This document shows, piece after piece, positions 13,614 to 27,320 of a stretch of 64,000 nucleotides of DNA. How positions within the stretch are numbered: position 1 is the first letter of the stretch; every line of letters starts with the position of its first letter. The notes beneath the pieces are model-generated. The model saw only the letters and a list, made by a program, of their open reading frames with translations. It made no database searches and was not told where the DNA came from. The position numbers were made by a program, and so were the translations under genes. Source of the DNA: Octopus vulgaris (taxonomy: Eukaryota); assembly GCA_951406725.2 (NCBI GenBank), contig OX597814.1, forward strand, positions 41,664,001 to 41,728,000, read 5' to 3'.

Positions 13614-13877
13614 GTATAATGATAAATAAATGCGCCCTTATAAAGCCTAGCCAGGCTCATGGGCCCGGTTTCCCTGTTTCCATCGCGTATGTGTTCCCAA
13701 ACTGGATGGGACGCCAATCCATCGCAGCGTTACTCAATTTGCCAGCTGAGTGGACTGGAGCAACAGGAAATGAAGTGTTTTGCTCAAGAACATAAAGCGT
13801 CGCCCGGTCCAGGAATCGAAACCACAATCTTACGATGATGATGCTGACACCCTAACCACTAAGCCACGCGCCTCCAC
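13614..13877 (-). mobile_element. tRNA-derived SINE (family B), full length with 11 bp TSD
   Basis: Minus-strand head GTGGAGGCGCGTGGCTTAGTGGTTAGGG...GGTTTCGATTCC; TSD TGTAAGGAATT at 13603-13613 and 13878-13888. Confidence 0.88.
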
Positions 13878-15156
13878 TGTAAGGAATTATAGTGCATCAT
13901 ATTTGTGTGTATGTTTCCTCGGGTGACTTGTCAAAATGTGGCACGTGTTACCATCCCCGTTACGATTATTTCGACTATAATACATTTTGGTAGTTGTTGT
14001 TCCCTGCACGCATACTCTAGAAACTTGGATTATAACCATAATGATAATGTGGTCTATATCTACTGTCCTCACACCTGGTTTGCCTCTCTTTCTCTCTGTC
14101 TCTCTCTCTCACTCTCTCGTTTTATATATATGTGTGTGTGTGTGTATACAGACACATGCACACATACGCACACGCACATACGCGGGCGCACACAAACACA
14201 TATATATAACGTTCATACTCAAAAGCACAAGACCTGTAAAATACACATATACAGGGTATACTTGGTGAAACGAATTTACTTCACAAACAAAAAATTCAAG
14301 CAAAAAACAAGATCTATTCTCAGTTGCTTCTTTTAGCAGGTGGTTTTTAGTATAACGTTATCGTTACCCTCTTATCTGATCGAATGCTACTCTATTTTTT
14401 GATGTCTTACTGCCCGCTGGAAGAATGTTTTGTTTGTTCCGCTAAGTTTTTAATCCAAATCGCTTACTATTCATATCTAGCATTCTTTTATTTCCCCATT
14501 TCTAATTTATGGTTAAAAATAAAGCAACCCAGCTAAAAACGACTGATTTTCACACCCAGACACCGACAATAAAAGCAATAATGTAACGACAGCGGAGTGC
14601 GCTACAAACACCAGCGACTAACTGTCAGCTGTACTGTTGACAAGAGATGCTAGTTAGTCTTTTACACCTACGAGGCTCATTCTTATTAGCCCGAGTTGCT
14701 GGATAATATTTTCGTTCCATTAAATATGTTGTAGAACGGAAAATTTTCATAGATTGGAATTTGAACCCTAATTTCTATTTAAATTTTTTGTTTCAAGAAA
14801 ACATTGAGTTTGGATTACTTTTAATTTTTACGATTATAGATAACAACTTGGGCTTATAACTTCTGAGACCGAGTCAGACGCATGTGGACGGTGTCGAGAA
14901 AATGTCTGCTACGAGTGATATTTTTTGACACAAAGCACCTCTAAGACGACTGGTAGACGCTGAACGAAAATAAATAAACTGCGCCCAGGCTCAATAAAAA
15001 GAGGCCGAGTTATTGACTAGAATTATATATTTGAGCCAGTATTGGCAGAAACTAAATCAGTTTGAAAATACATGTTCACTTTACTGAATTTATCCTAGGG
15101 CTAAGCAGGAACAGTCTGAGTATATATATATATATATTGGACATTATCAATTTTCG

Positions 15157-15795
15157 TCTTCGGCCCAGTGCGTCCATGCTGCCTACAAAGCACGCAGAGT
15201 TCTGTTTTTGATTCGACGGTCATTCGGAATGCTCACAGCAGCCATATTCCTACCGCTCTATGTCACGCTGGTGAGACCCATATTGGAGTATGAGATTTAA
15301 GCCTCTTCTCCTTATCTCCTCAAAGACATACATCTTCTCGAAAGAGTCTAGAAGCTGGCTACCCACATGGTTCTTAGTCTCAAACATTTGTCTTATGAAG
15401 AAAGGCTGAAGACGCTCGACCTTTATTCTCTAGAAAAACGACGACGCCGAGGTGATCTCATTCTTGCTCACAACATCATAAGCGGAAAGTGTAACCTCTC
15501 GAAAGAGCTGTTCTTCACTCCTGCTCCAGAGCGTCGGTAGCGGGGTCACTCCGAAAAGCTCTATCTGCGACGATTTCATCACAATCGAAGGAGAGGGGCT
15601 TTCTCCGTCCGGGTTGCTGATCCGTGGAATAAGCTGCCGGACGAGATAGTGAAGATGCCGACGGCCGCTCGGTTCAAAGCCTCTCTTGACCAGAAATGGC
15701 TTGAACTCTTTGCATGAACACCCTCCCTGTACATAACTGCATGTCCCCCTACATGGCCTTGCTTTTTGCGCCAAAAAATTAACTTAACTTAACTT
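15157..15795 (+). mobile_element. 5'-truncated CR1-clade LINE 3' end with (AACTT)n tail
   Basis: Closely similar to the reverse complement of 56718-57200 (LYVTLVRPILEY, RRRRGDLI, FSVRVADPWNKLP). Stop at ~15717, short 3' UTR, TTAACTTAACTTAACTT tail at 15779-15796. Confidence 0.9.
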
Positions 15796-16124
15796 GAGCT
15801 ATGTATAACAGAAATGCAAGTTTTACATAAATATGATACTTTTCTTATATTTTTGGGGATATACATTTTTTTCTCTTTCGTGTAAATATTGGAGGAATTT
15901 ACGACAATCATTTCCATCACTATATCTAAGTGGTGGGCAACAAACTCAAATGCAATATGTTACGATTCCTAATGGGTATCTGTTATTTTTTATGCTGGGT
16001 TTAGTAATTTTGCAATGCGGAACAGAAATCGTGATTACAGAGGTTTACTTGATAATGAGCACTTACCGTAACGAATTTAATTTCAGGTATAAGTTTATAC
16101 GGATTTATACTCTTACATTATATA

Positions 16125-17749
16125 CAGTTGCGGCCAAAATATTAAGAACGGCATTGTTTTCGTCTGAAAAGTAGGTATAAGTTTTTATCAAAGTTGTTTT
16201 ATATACAATACTTTTCGTAGACAATAAATATAATATTAATTGTTATTGTCTGAGATTTTGGTGTAATTTGAGAGTATAGTACAAAAGTTATGGGTGATTT
16301 AAGGATTTACTGCAAAACCTATGGCGGCCAAAATGATCAGAACGGTTGAAAAAATAACAAAATAATCAAAAATGACAGAGAATACTGGAATTATTTAATA
16401 TTTAGTGTGAAACCCTTTAGCTTCAATCACACTTTGACATCTTCGACTGCATGAAGAAATTAAATCTTCAATTTCTTGCTGGGTGATGCTATTCCATTCT
16501 TCCTGAAGGGCATTCCATAATTGCTCGGTTGTTTTAGGATTTCTGGCTTTCGAACGTTCACCTAGAATATTCCACACATTTCCAATAGGATTGAGATCTG
16601 GGCTTTGAGCAGGCCAATCCATAACAATAACCTTTTCAGCCTTGAGGAAGTTCATGACCACCTTAGCCTTGTGACATGTTGCATTGTCCTGCATGAATAT
16701 GGGTGGTCGCTTAGTTGAATTTCTCAGCACAGGCAAGACATGATCTTTTACGGGTTGTTTATAAACTTCTGCATTTACCTTTCCGTGTAATCGCACCAAA
16801 GGGCCCACACCATCTTCAGATATCCCCCAAGCCATGACACTTCCTCTACAAAATTTAACACTAGTCTTAAGGCATTTAGGCGGCAATTTTTCACCTACTT
16901 TTCGACGAACGTACCTTTTTCCATCTGAGCCAAATAACATAAACTTAGATTCATCACTGAAATGCACCGTTTGCCATTTTTCTTGAGACCACAACACATG
17001 TCCGGTTGCAAAGGTAAGATGACACTTTTTTATTCTTGGAGCTGATCAGTGGCTTCGCTGTAGGTGCTCTTGCTTGTAGGTCATGTTCAGCTAAACGACG
17101 AGACAGTTTTTCGAGATAAAGTTTTCTTCAGTACGATGCTCATTTCCCGAGAAACAGCAGCAGCAGTCTTAAAAAAGTCCTTTTTAACCAACTTTACCAT
17201 AGCACGATCTTCTCTCTTGGTCGTTTTTCTTGGCCTACCTGTAGACTTTCTTGCTTCACACGAACCATAATCATCATAGACCTTAAGAATACCGTGAACA
17301 ACCCTTTTTGACTCGTTAACAATCTTTGCAATAGACCCAATACTTAAATTATCCTTCTATCAAAGCTTAATAATCTGCTGACGAATTGGTAACAGAGTAA
17401 GTGGCATTATATTAACAAAGTACATTGCAGATATTCTTACTAATGTTTAGTAAACGAACCGCCACGTAAACAAATTCAAAACATTAGAGTTCGCCGGTTA
17501 AACATACTAAAACACGCAGTAAAAGCAACCGTTCTGATCATTTTGGCTGACATGGGTTTTGCAGTAAATCCCTAAATCATCCATAACTTTTGTATTATCC
17601 TCTTAAATTACACCAAAATCTCAGACAATAACGATTAATATTGTATTTATTGTCTGTGAAAATTATAGAATAAAATAAATCTTAGATAAAAACTTATATC
17701 TACTTTTCTGACGAAAACAATGCCGTTCCGAACATTTTGGCCGCAACTG
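16125..17749 (-). mobile_element. Full-length Tc1-family DNA transposon, IR/DR type, TA target duplication
   Basis: TA-CAGTTGCGGCCAAAAT at 16123 and ATTTTGGCCGCAACTG-TA at 17734-17751. TIRs of about 225 bp carry inner repeats at ~16326-16348 and ~17526-17549. Confidence 0.96.
16395..17407 (-). pseudogene. Tc1 DD34E transposase pseudogene
   Basis: ATG at 17407 followed by an early stop; GRPRKTT motif; frameshift near 17030; FSDESKF, MQDNATCH, SPDLNPIGNVW. The catalytic E, 34 residues after the second D, is replaced by G. Confidence 0.92.
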
Positions 17750-20074
17750 TATATTGAAATTCTGCATTCTACCACAAGCTTGTTTCTTCAGCATATATCC
17801 ACGCTGAAAGTGGAATGAAGTCACACATATATTGCGACAAGCCTACTCTTCACTTACTGAAATACATGCTTGTGTACTCAATATAACTCTCTTTCACACA
17901 AATATTATTTTTTTCTATTCTTCTCCTCATACCATCACATATATCAACGTATATGCATATAAAGTTACACAGCTCACTTCATCTAGCCACATATGTTTTT
18001 GATGCACAAATAACCACACACGCCTACTCTCCACACATTCTCACATATGCACTCTCATACCCTTATGCGCTAGTGACTCTTTCGTTTCACGATAAGATAT
18101 CAGAAGGGAAAATTGCATAACATTTTTACTCCATTAAATGACGATGTTTTCATTACACTTTAGTTAATACATTACGCATGTGATACCCACCACGTATTTT
18201 GGTTTCCTACCTCAAAGTCGAATTATTATGGTTTGTTAGTAGATTTCGTTCTCATGTAGTGCCTGACTATCTTTCTTTTTGAAACGTTAGCATAGTGTTA
18301 GTAATAAATCTGCTCTCGAATGGAACCTGTGAATATTTGCTCAATACAGGCAATTCACGTTGCTTATTAAATCTTAATGTCAATATTTTGTTATGGTACC
18401 AAATATTTATTGATATTAGAGAAAACTATGAATTGTACTTTGTTGTTTATATAATGACTCTGGGAAGGTTTCCAACCAACGCCAAAGTACCCTTCCTTGT
18501 ATTATAAATGGTATTCTAAGAACGTAAGTCTTTATTAGACCACTGGGACAACGGAGATATTTTCACTTGAATCAACCCGATTTACTCTCACAAAGTATAT
18601 GTCATTAACGGTATTTTAAAAGTGTTAGATTTTGATGTTATCGATTTCCTGATGCTCTGGCTTTTCGCCCACCCTTGCTATTCAAATCTGCATTTCGAGC
18701 GTGTCTCTGCAGTCAATCCCATGTTGAAACGTCAAAAGATATTAAAATTATAGATTGAAAGTACTGCCATAATTAGTGAAGATACCAAGTGAATGTTTCT
18801 TGCAGTACTTACCAGGCATAGAGACTTACTATATAGTGACTCTTTTACTTTGGTAGATATAGCAAAATGCTTGGTATTGTTATTCTTCGGTCCCTGCGCT
18901 TAGGAAAATGATGGAATAGTCACTGCCAGAAAGCAGTTCTATTCTGTCGAAGACAGACGGGAATGGTAAAGCAAAAATTAAAATCAACATGCTCCGTAAA
19001 ATTCATATATGTTAGAATAGAACATACTATCCCTATACAGAGATGGAAATTTGTATACTAATAATTTGCATAATAAAATTATAAATGACTTTGACAATCA
19101 ACAGTTTCACAAACTGGAATAAAATGGACGATGTCCAATATTGTATATTTCATACATGCATACAAAATTTATCTGCTAAATTAAAACATTGAGACAGAAA
19201 ATATCCTGAATTTCAGTGTAGAAAAATACAAGTTTACTGGGCCCTGTAGGATTCCATTAAGTGGTACTTGTTATAAATAAGGCACGTACATTTAACACAT
19301 ACTGTAAGTGTTTGGATGTATTTCCTCAACAGATTTGTGGTTATTTTCTTGTAAAGTTTCTACGTTTCTGCAAAAAAGCAAATGCAATTTTCAAAACTTG
19401 TATTTATATCTCCGAAATGTATTTTATTAAAGAATTGAATACAAATATTGAGTTCTTTCGATATGATGAGAACATCGTCCTGAAAAAAAAAAAAACACTT
19501 AATTGCTTGTTTTCCATGAAGATATCTGGAATGTTATCCCACTGCTTAATCCTCTTAGTCTTCTTGAGATTTTTCAAGAAAAGCAAATATCAGATTATAT
19601 GCGTTTCTGTTTACTCATTTTTTTCTAACTGAGCAATGATTCTTTACATACATATATATTTTTTAATGTTGAAAAGGAATGTTTTCATCGATACAGCTTA
19701 ATGTTTACGCAGTTTGTATTCAGTATTACAACGATATGCGGTACTGTGGGAGGAGGAATGTATAGGGACACATATATACAGTGATTTATTATTTACTTTC
19801 GTATTAGTGCACAACATATAACCGTACTGCATACGAGTGGAGTGGTGGAACCAGTTCATATAGGTATATGGATGCAAGTGATTGTACTCAGACGATGAAG
19901 ATATGTCAGGAAGATACAATTTAAGTATGCAGAATGTCTTCCTTCGTAGAAAGTATGAAATTCAATAAGCGTAATAGCCTGGGAGCATGCGTTGCAAATG
20001 TTTTATTTGTTCGCGGAGCAAGAAAATGTATTAGTGAGTTTTGGTATAAAGAAATCTAGATATTGTGTAATATA

Positions 20075-20270
20075 TACGCGCAGATGCGGGTGTGTGGCTG
20101 TGCGCTTCGAAAGCATTTGGACTTGGGTTCAGTCCCACTGCGCAGTAGTTGTGGCAGCGTCTTCCACTATAACCCAGAGCTGTATAAAGTCTTGTGAGAG
20201 TATTTGTTAAAGTGAAATTGAAAAGACTGACGTACGCGTGCACGATTATATATATATATATATATAAAAC
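20075..20270 (+). mobile_element. SINE family A, decayed 5' half
   Basis: GTGTGGCTGTG...GGGTTCAGTCCCACTGCG...GTCTTCCACTATAACC matches the head of 33611-34025. Confidence 0.75.
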
Positions 20271-20304
20271 AGTACTGGGAGAATAAAGAACGGAACGAAG
20301 CATA

Positions 20305-20642
20305 TATATGGTGGTGGTGACCCCCTTCGGTCAGACACTGACCATAGGTTTGCACCTGGAAAGTTACCCTCCGAGGTACAAGTCTGGGCAAGGTTGTTTT
20401 TTTTTTTATGGAAGACCAGCAGTCTTCACTCTCCACGTCACCGATGTTATCCAAGGGAAAGGCAAGGGCCGATACAGCTTGGCACCTCTGACGTCGCAAC
20501 TCATTTCTACAGCTGAGTGAACTGGAGCAACGTGAAATAAAGTTTCTTGCTCAAGAACACAACACGCAGCCCGGTCCAGGATTCGAGCTCACAACCTCAC
20601 GATCGTAAGCTCGACGCTCTAACCACTGAGCCACGCGCCTTC

Positions 20643-20645
<3 letters not shown>
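20305..20645 (-). mobile_element. tRNA-derived SINE, family B-related with a different 3' half
   Basis: Head (reverse complement GTGAAGGCGCGTGGCTCAGTGGTTAGAGCG...CGAATCCTGGACCGGGC) and central domain shared with 13614-13877; the tail differs. Confidence 0.8.
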
Positions 20646-20673
<28 letters not shown>

Positions 20674-20679
20674 CACACC

Positions 20680-21015
20680 TCTATTTGTTTCAGTGATTTG
20701 ACTGCGACCATGCTGGAGCACTGCCTTTAGTCGAACAAATCGACACCAGAACTTATTCTTTGTAAGCCTAGTACTTATTTTATAGGTCTCTTTTGCCTGA
20801 CTGCTAATTTACGGGGACGTAAACACACCAATATTGGTTGTCATGCGATGGTGGGGAGACAAACACAGATACACAAGCACACAAACACGCATATATATAT
20901 TTGTGGGTGTGTACGACAGGCGTCTTTCACTTTCCGTCTACCAAATCCACTCACAAGGCTTTGGGCGACCCGAGACTGTAGTAGAAGACTCTTACCCATG
21001 TTGCCATGCAGTATG
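20680..21015 (-). mobile_element. SINE family A, 5'-truncated
   Basis: Reverse-complement match to 33611-34025. Confidence 0.88.
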
Positions 21016-21262
21016 TTACTAATCACGAGAGAAAAATTCCCGAAAAAGTGGTTTGTGAATATAACATCGACTCCTTCATTATCTAGTGTAACAATTTAAA
21101 ATTGACAGAAGCAATAATATAGGCAATTGCAAACCACCAAAAAAAGCATGAAATAGCTGATAGATTACAATTAATCAAAGGACATAGTAAATTATGTTGG
21201 CGATTTAAATAAGAGTGTTCACTGCTATTTCCAGCAGGTAGACATACTTAAAATGTCCTTTG

Positions 21263-21324
<62 letters not shown>

Positions 21325-21328
<4 letters not shown>

Positions 21329-21666
21329 ATAATAAATATTAGGGAATAAATCCAAAATTACAGGGAAAAAATCAGATTTAGGATTAAATCCAATTTTATA
21401 GTAAAATATTATATAATATTAATTAGAGACAAAACCACTATTTTGCAAAACAAACAAGGGAAGACTTAATTATGGATATTATTGAAGATGATATTCCAAA
21501 AGGCTGCTGGAGTTTCCAGTTCGAGCGTGGCTGTGGCATGGTTATAATCCGAAGCTTACTTTGGCCTGGATATACATTCTATGCAAGACCTGGAACACCA
21601 AAGTTTTATGTATTGATTAAGTCTTTCCTTGTTTGTTTTGCAAAATAGTGGTTTTGTCTCTAATTA

Positions 21667-21680
<14 letters not shown>
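21325..21680. repeat. Foldback structure between two (TA)n tracts, probable PLE terminus
   Basis: 21415-21470 is the reverse complement of ~21616-21672 (ATTAATTAGAGACAAAACCACTATTTTGCAAAACAAACAAGG.AAGACTTAAT). Confidence 0.7.
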
Positions 21681-21714
<34 letters not shown>

Positions 21715-22444
21715 ACAGAGTAGAGGAAATTGAAATTCCAAATTACAGGCAATCAAACAGATTCCCGAACGCATAAATATAATTGAATCATACATATGTA
21801 TACACTTCAACATAAAACATGCATATATAGGCGTGAAGATTCTCCAAGGGTATAAGGAAAAAAGCCAAACATACATACAATATAGAAGAAATATAAAAAC
21901 ATATCAGAATGCATATAAATAAAGATTACATGTAAAGACTTATGCATGAAAATTATAGGAGGTGCAAAACGAGTGAAGGGTTGACAAACATAGGAATAAA
22001 GGCGTCAACATTCAAAATAGCAAACCGCCTAAATCGTCTAAAAGTTCCTTATACATCGAAGATATTAGATAGTAATGACGCAATATACCAAGGTGAAGTA
22101 AATAAACAAAATCGGATCCGAAAATAGGAGGGTTTTCCTTCCACAGCCGTTTCATCGGTACATTACCGGTCATGGTTAAAAATTAAATACTCCAAATATG
22201 CAATGTTCCCATCATCAAGATATTGTCATCCTTGCTGGCTGCCATCGTACTAATAAAGTAGAATAAAAATAATATTTTTCTCTACCCCTGCTTGGAAACC
22301 ACAAGTAGTGTGTTTATATCCCCGTGTTCAGAGGTAGAATTTATTAAAAAAAAACATAGTTCATAGATTCTTCTTTTCTGAAAAAGGAAATAAAATGATT
22401 TATCTTGGTGCAAAAGCATGACATCAGTCATTATAGACAAGTAA

Positions 22445-23540
22445 AAGGTCATGACTTTGTGGTACAAAGCTTGCTTCCCAAACATATGGTTCCGGTTTCA
22501 TTCCCACAACGTGTGTCACCTTGAGCAAATGTCTTCTATAGCCTCGGTTTGACCAAAGCCTTGTGAATATATTTGGTAGACAGAAAATGAAATTAACCTA
22601 CCGTATGTGTGTGTGTGTATGTGTGTGTGGTTAATGTTGTTCTGTAATTTCTGGAAAAACTGCTTTTTGATTCCACGGCCAAATAAGTTCTGGAACCACC
22701 AGTCTAGTTAACAATATGTGAAATATTTAACAAGCAAAAATACTAGGGAAAGGGTAGTTTGCTTGTGTGGTAAGCAGCTTGCTTCAAAACCACATGGTTC
22801 AGGGCTCAGCTCCATCACATGGCACCTTAGGCAAGCGTTTTCTATAACAGCTTCAGGCCGACCAAAAGCGTACGAGTGGATTCCATTAACGGAAACTGAA
22901 AGAAGCCTATCATATATACATATATATGTGTGTGTATGTGTGTCTCTCTGTGTGTGGCTTTGTCCACCATCAATACTTGACCACAAACGTTAGTATGTTT
23001 ACATCTTTGTAACTTAGTGTTTCAGTAAATGAGACGAATGGAATAAGTACCAGGCTTTAAAAACGTAATGGAGTCAATTCATTTAGTAAAATTCTTGAAG
23101 GCATTGCCCTCCATGGTCATAATCTATTAACTGAAATAAGTAAAAGCTAGGAGAGGATGGTTATTGTTTTACATATAAGAAGGCTCAAGTGTGGCGGTGT
23201 GGTTAAGAAGCTTGTTTCTCAAATATTTGGTCTTGAGATCAGTCCCACGTGGGAAAGAAGCCAATTATATATGTATGTGTGTGTGTGTCTGTGTGTGTGT
23301 GTGTATATCCCTGTCTTGACATGGATGTAAACTATCATTGTCATCAGGTTTGTGCCTGTTTTTGTCTCTCACCACCGCTTGACAACCAGTGCTAATGTGT
23401 TTATGTCATCGTTAATCAGCGACTCGGCAAAAGCAAAAGATGGAATAAATACAAGTCCAGGAGTCGATATGGTCGAATAAACCATTCAGTGCAGTGCCCC
23501 AACATGGCTGGAGTCAAATGACTGAAACAAGTAAAAGATT
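22445..23540 (+). mobile_element. Three tandemly oriented decayed family A SINE copies (~22445-22630, 22750-23145, 23180-23540)
   Basis: Each has the GTGTGGTAAG..GCTTGCTT head and parts of the shared body; the last two end in the TGACTGAAACAAGTAAAAG-like tail. Confidence 0.8.
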
Positions 23541-24064
23541 AAAAATGTAATAGATGTATATACGTTGTTTCAGTTATACCAGGGAGCTTTTTCTTTTTGT
23601 TTGGGAACGTAGTTTATTTGTCACATTAATAGGAAAGGTGATCATACAGTGTATGAAAGGAAACACTCAGAACAAAAAACGTATAAGACACATACAGAAA
23701 TTTTTATCAGAATGTCAACATTGGGCTGATTTTAGTTACCAAATACATAGTCATGGTGACGTGGTGTGACTTCATTGATCATTCCAGGTTAAATATGCAG
23801 CAGTCAAAAGAGAGCTATGAGAAGAGTGAACGCCAATTCGAATCAAATCACTTTGATGGTGGCGAGAAGGGTGAACGTCACGGTGGCTCTTATGTCTGCG
23901 AAACTCTACGAAACTCGCGGTAAAGTTGACTGTATTTATAGGCTGCGTCCACGGAAAATCTATATGAGCCACCGAACTATCACGTAGACAACAATTGATT
24001 TTGCGCAGATGAACAAACTGTGATTTCTATGTGGCAACACATCGGATCGAATCCAAGTACAATA

Positions 24065-24298
24065 CAGTATTTAGACTGTAGCCATACTGGGGTAGCGCAC
24101 TGAAGACTTTTTAGTATTTTGAATCGAGTTCGGTACCTATTTTTTGAAGCCTTGTATTTATCCTACAGGTCTCCTTTGATGAATCACTAAGTTACGCTTA
24201 CTTAAACAAGCCAATATCTGCTGGCAGGTGGCCACGTCGGAGCAAATAGAGATGCGAAAGCACACACACACACACACATGCATACACATATATGTATG

Positions 24299-24366
<68 letters not shown>

Positions 24367-24500
24367 TAACGCTTTCTCACACATAAATCATCAGTCCTTC
24401 CAGGATGTTAGCTGAAGACACCCGCCTATAATGCCACTTATCCTGACTGAACCCAGAGCTATGTTGCTGCAAAGTGAGCTACTGAACCTACAGCTATCTC
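24065..24500 (-). mobile_element. Strongly decayed SINE family A
   Basis: Residual reverse-complement similarity to the tail (GACTGTAGCCATACTGGGGTAGCGC) and head, with an internal microsatellite. Confidence 0.55.
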
Positions 24501-25397
24501 TGTGCTAATGTGTATCATTAATTAAGAATTTATTTGGAGCCTGAAAGACAAGTATATTAGATTATATATTAAATGGTCGATAATACATAGTGCCTTACAG
24601 CACATTGCAGAGAAAGTTTGGTGTAATTATTGTGCCGATCCTGAATTGGATCTCTGTGTTAATAAATAAGCAGCACGAATTAATGTCCTACTATTCACAT
24701 TTATTTAGAACTTAGTAAGCTTTCTGAAATAATTAAACTACAGATTCATTTATCGGAGTTATATATATTAATTCCATTTTCTTAATCCCTTTCTATAGGG
24801 CATAATTCATCGTATGATTTATATATAAGCAATATATTAGATCATCGACAAACTGATAGATATTGAATTGATTCTATATTCACTGTATTAATTTTTATTT
24901 TATTTCTCTTGTAGAATGCTATTTCTAGATAGATACTGATTTTCAATTTTATTTCTAGTTAATTTACTGTCAACCCATACAAAGTTTCACTTGTCTACAT
25001 TAAAGACTACGTTACAATTCTAATTTGATACGGAATATACAAATACTAAACTAAAAAGGTTTTATAGGTATGGATCCCCTTCTTTTCCTACGAACTACTG
25101 TTAATAAAAGAAGAATCAGTCAGATTGCGTTTACTACCATGGGCCCTCGAAATTTACTACACTCTATATTGAATTTAGCAGGATCATTCTTGCTGTGAAA
25201 AGAATAAAATGGCACGCAGCTTCTGTTTCTCTATAGCATTCTAAGTGACCCAATGAAAGGCCAATTAACCATGCATATGAAAACGTTCAAAATTTAGGTC
25301 ATGACTCGCAATTTGAAACGCGTCGAAGCTAAATAAATCGCTGAATAATATCTTTTCATTTGTTACATTTGCCCTACATGAATGTAAGTACACTTAT

Positions 25398-25700
25398 ATA
25401 GCAATGACTCGGTATACAATTAAATTCGTTCCCAGGGAAGCCTATTAAGCGAAAACGCGTGAACAGAAAATAAAACTCGTAAAAGATCGTAAATACGAGG
25501 TCTCATAAAGCAGGCCCATGTAAAGTGAGATATTACTGTATACAGTAATGCCTCGATATGCAAGTCAATTTAGTCCTGGAGAACGCTCGTAAAGTGAAAA
25601 CTGGTAAAGCTGAACAATACTTTCTCGTAGTAGTAATGCTATACATAGTAATTCGTTCCGAAGAAAGATATATTCCATATGGAATTTATAATACTCGTAA
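25398..25700. mobile_element. Two abutting pogo/Tigger-like MITE ends
   Basis: GAGATATTACTG-TATA-CAGTAATGCCTCG at 25527-25555; a degenerate left end TATAGCAATGACTCG at ~25397; shared AATTCGTTCC and CTCGTAAA internal motifs. Confidence 0.5.
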
Positions 25701-26089
25701 ATAAATGGCAATAAAACAGTAGGATGTAAAGAATATTTTATGTAAACTTACAAACAATATCAGGATCATTTCTAATAAAAAGTATTACTATTATATACTT
25801 TTTCTGAATCATTTACACTCGCCCTAGATTCGCCCACACAATTATTTATACACGTGATCACCGATCACAAGTACTCATAGAGAGACTAGTAAATTTCTTT
25901 AAAAAAAAAATCAAGTCTACATGTGTTTGCTTAGAAGAAGCTTTCTTCTTCTCTTTCTATAATTTTTTCGGTAACACTCAGAAGCATTTACAATAGCAGA
26001 AACATTTGAGCTTCGTTCAAAATGTGGTTCTTGTACTTCAAAAGGGCATTACTGTCCATACATACATATCTATATTGTATTATGTTATA

Positions 26090-26180
<91 letters not shown>

Positions 26181-26314
26181 GTGTGTATGTGTGTATGTGT
26201 GTGAGTGTATGTATATACATACTGCGCATGCGTGAAAGTACAACAATAAAATGGTGAAAATTTACCCATATCACACTCTATGTATGCCTGTATCAATACA
26301 CACACATACATACA

Positions 26315-26735
26315 TATATAGTGTGAGATGGGTACATTGTTTCCATTTTATATTATTACTTTCGCACATGCACCTGGTTTGATTTTGACTTTTGGGACTA
26401 CACAGTATAGTAGGGTCATTTGATCACTATCCGGGAGAAAAAAAGTACGTGACGTAATTCACTCGGCCCAAAAAATTGGAAAAGACATGTTGTACTGCTT
26501 GGAATTCGTGACGGAAGCTACAATACGAATATGTATCAATCCAGTCTAAGGACATCTTATCACGAGTGAAAAAAACAAACATCTATTCATCACATGGTGT
26601 TTGGTGTGATCCCTAGCGATGGCCATATTATGACTCCATTCATCTTCACAGACGGCCTCAGACTCAACACAGGGGCCTTCATTAATTGCGTAAAGATAGT
26701 AGTGCTGTCCTATGTCGAGAGTGGTTACAGGAAGG
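26315..26735 (+). mobile_element. Internally deleted Tc1/mariner-superfamily (maT/DD37D-like) remnant
   Basis: ORF 26594: MVFGVIPSDGHIMTPFIFTDGLRLNTGAFINCVKIVVLSYV resembles the segment between the first two catalytic aspartates. Truncated by a SINE. Confidence 0.65.
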
Positions 26736-26739
26736 CCCA

Positions 26740-26895
26740 ATCTGCGGTAAGAAATTTGCTCACGAACCACATGGTTCCGTGTTCAGTCCCACTGCGTGGC
26801 ATCTTGGGCAAGTGTTTTCTACTATAGCCTCGGGTCGACCAATACCTTGTAAGTGGATTTGCTAGACGGAAACTAAAAGAAGACCGTCGAATATA

Positions 26896-26948
<53 letters not shown>

Positions 26949-27027
26949 GTACACTATAGCCTCGGGTCGACCAATACCTTGTAAGTGGATTTGCTAGACG
27001 GAAACTAAAAGAAGACCGTCGAATATA

Positions 27028-27098
<71 letters not shown>

Positions 27099-27320
27099 AT
27101 GTGTGTGTGTGTATGTTTGTGTATCTGTTTTTGTCCGACCAACATCGCTTGACAACCGTGTTTATGTGCCTGTAACATAGCGGATCAGTTAAAGAAACCG
27201 ATAAAATAAGTACTAGGCTTACAAACAATAAGTCCTGTGGTCGATTGGCTCGACTAAAAGCGGTACTCCAGCATGGCCACAGTAACATGACTGAAACAAG
27301 TAAAAGAGAAAAAAGAATAA
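26740..27320 (+). mobile_element. SINE family A with an internal tandem duplication
   Basis: Head, CORE-like CTTGGGCAAGTG, body and tail all present; 26820-26945 is repeated at ~26953-27085. Confidence 0.9.

Noticed and set aside
15779-15796. Telomere-like pentamer repeat
   Set aside because: Only ~3 AACTT units at the end of a LINE 3' UTR, typical of CR1 tails.
22130-22230. Hammerhead-like motif on the minus strand (TTGATGA...GAAACGGCTGTG)
   Set aside because: Core mismatches, G at the cleavage position and no convincing stems; too weak without a consensus.
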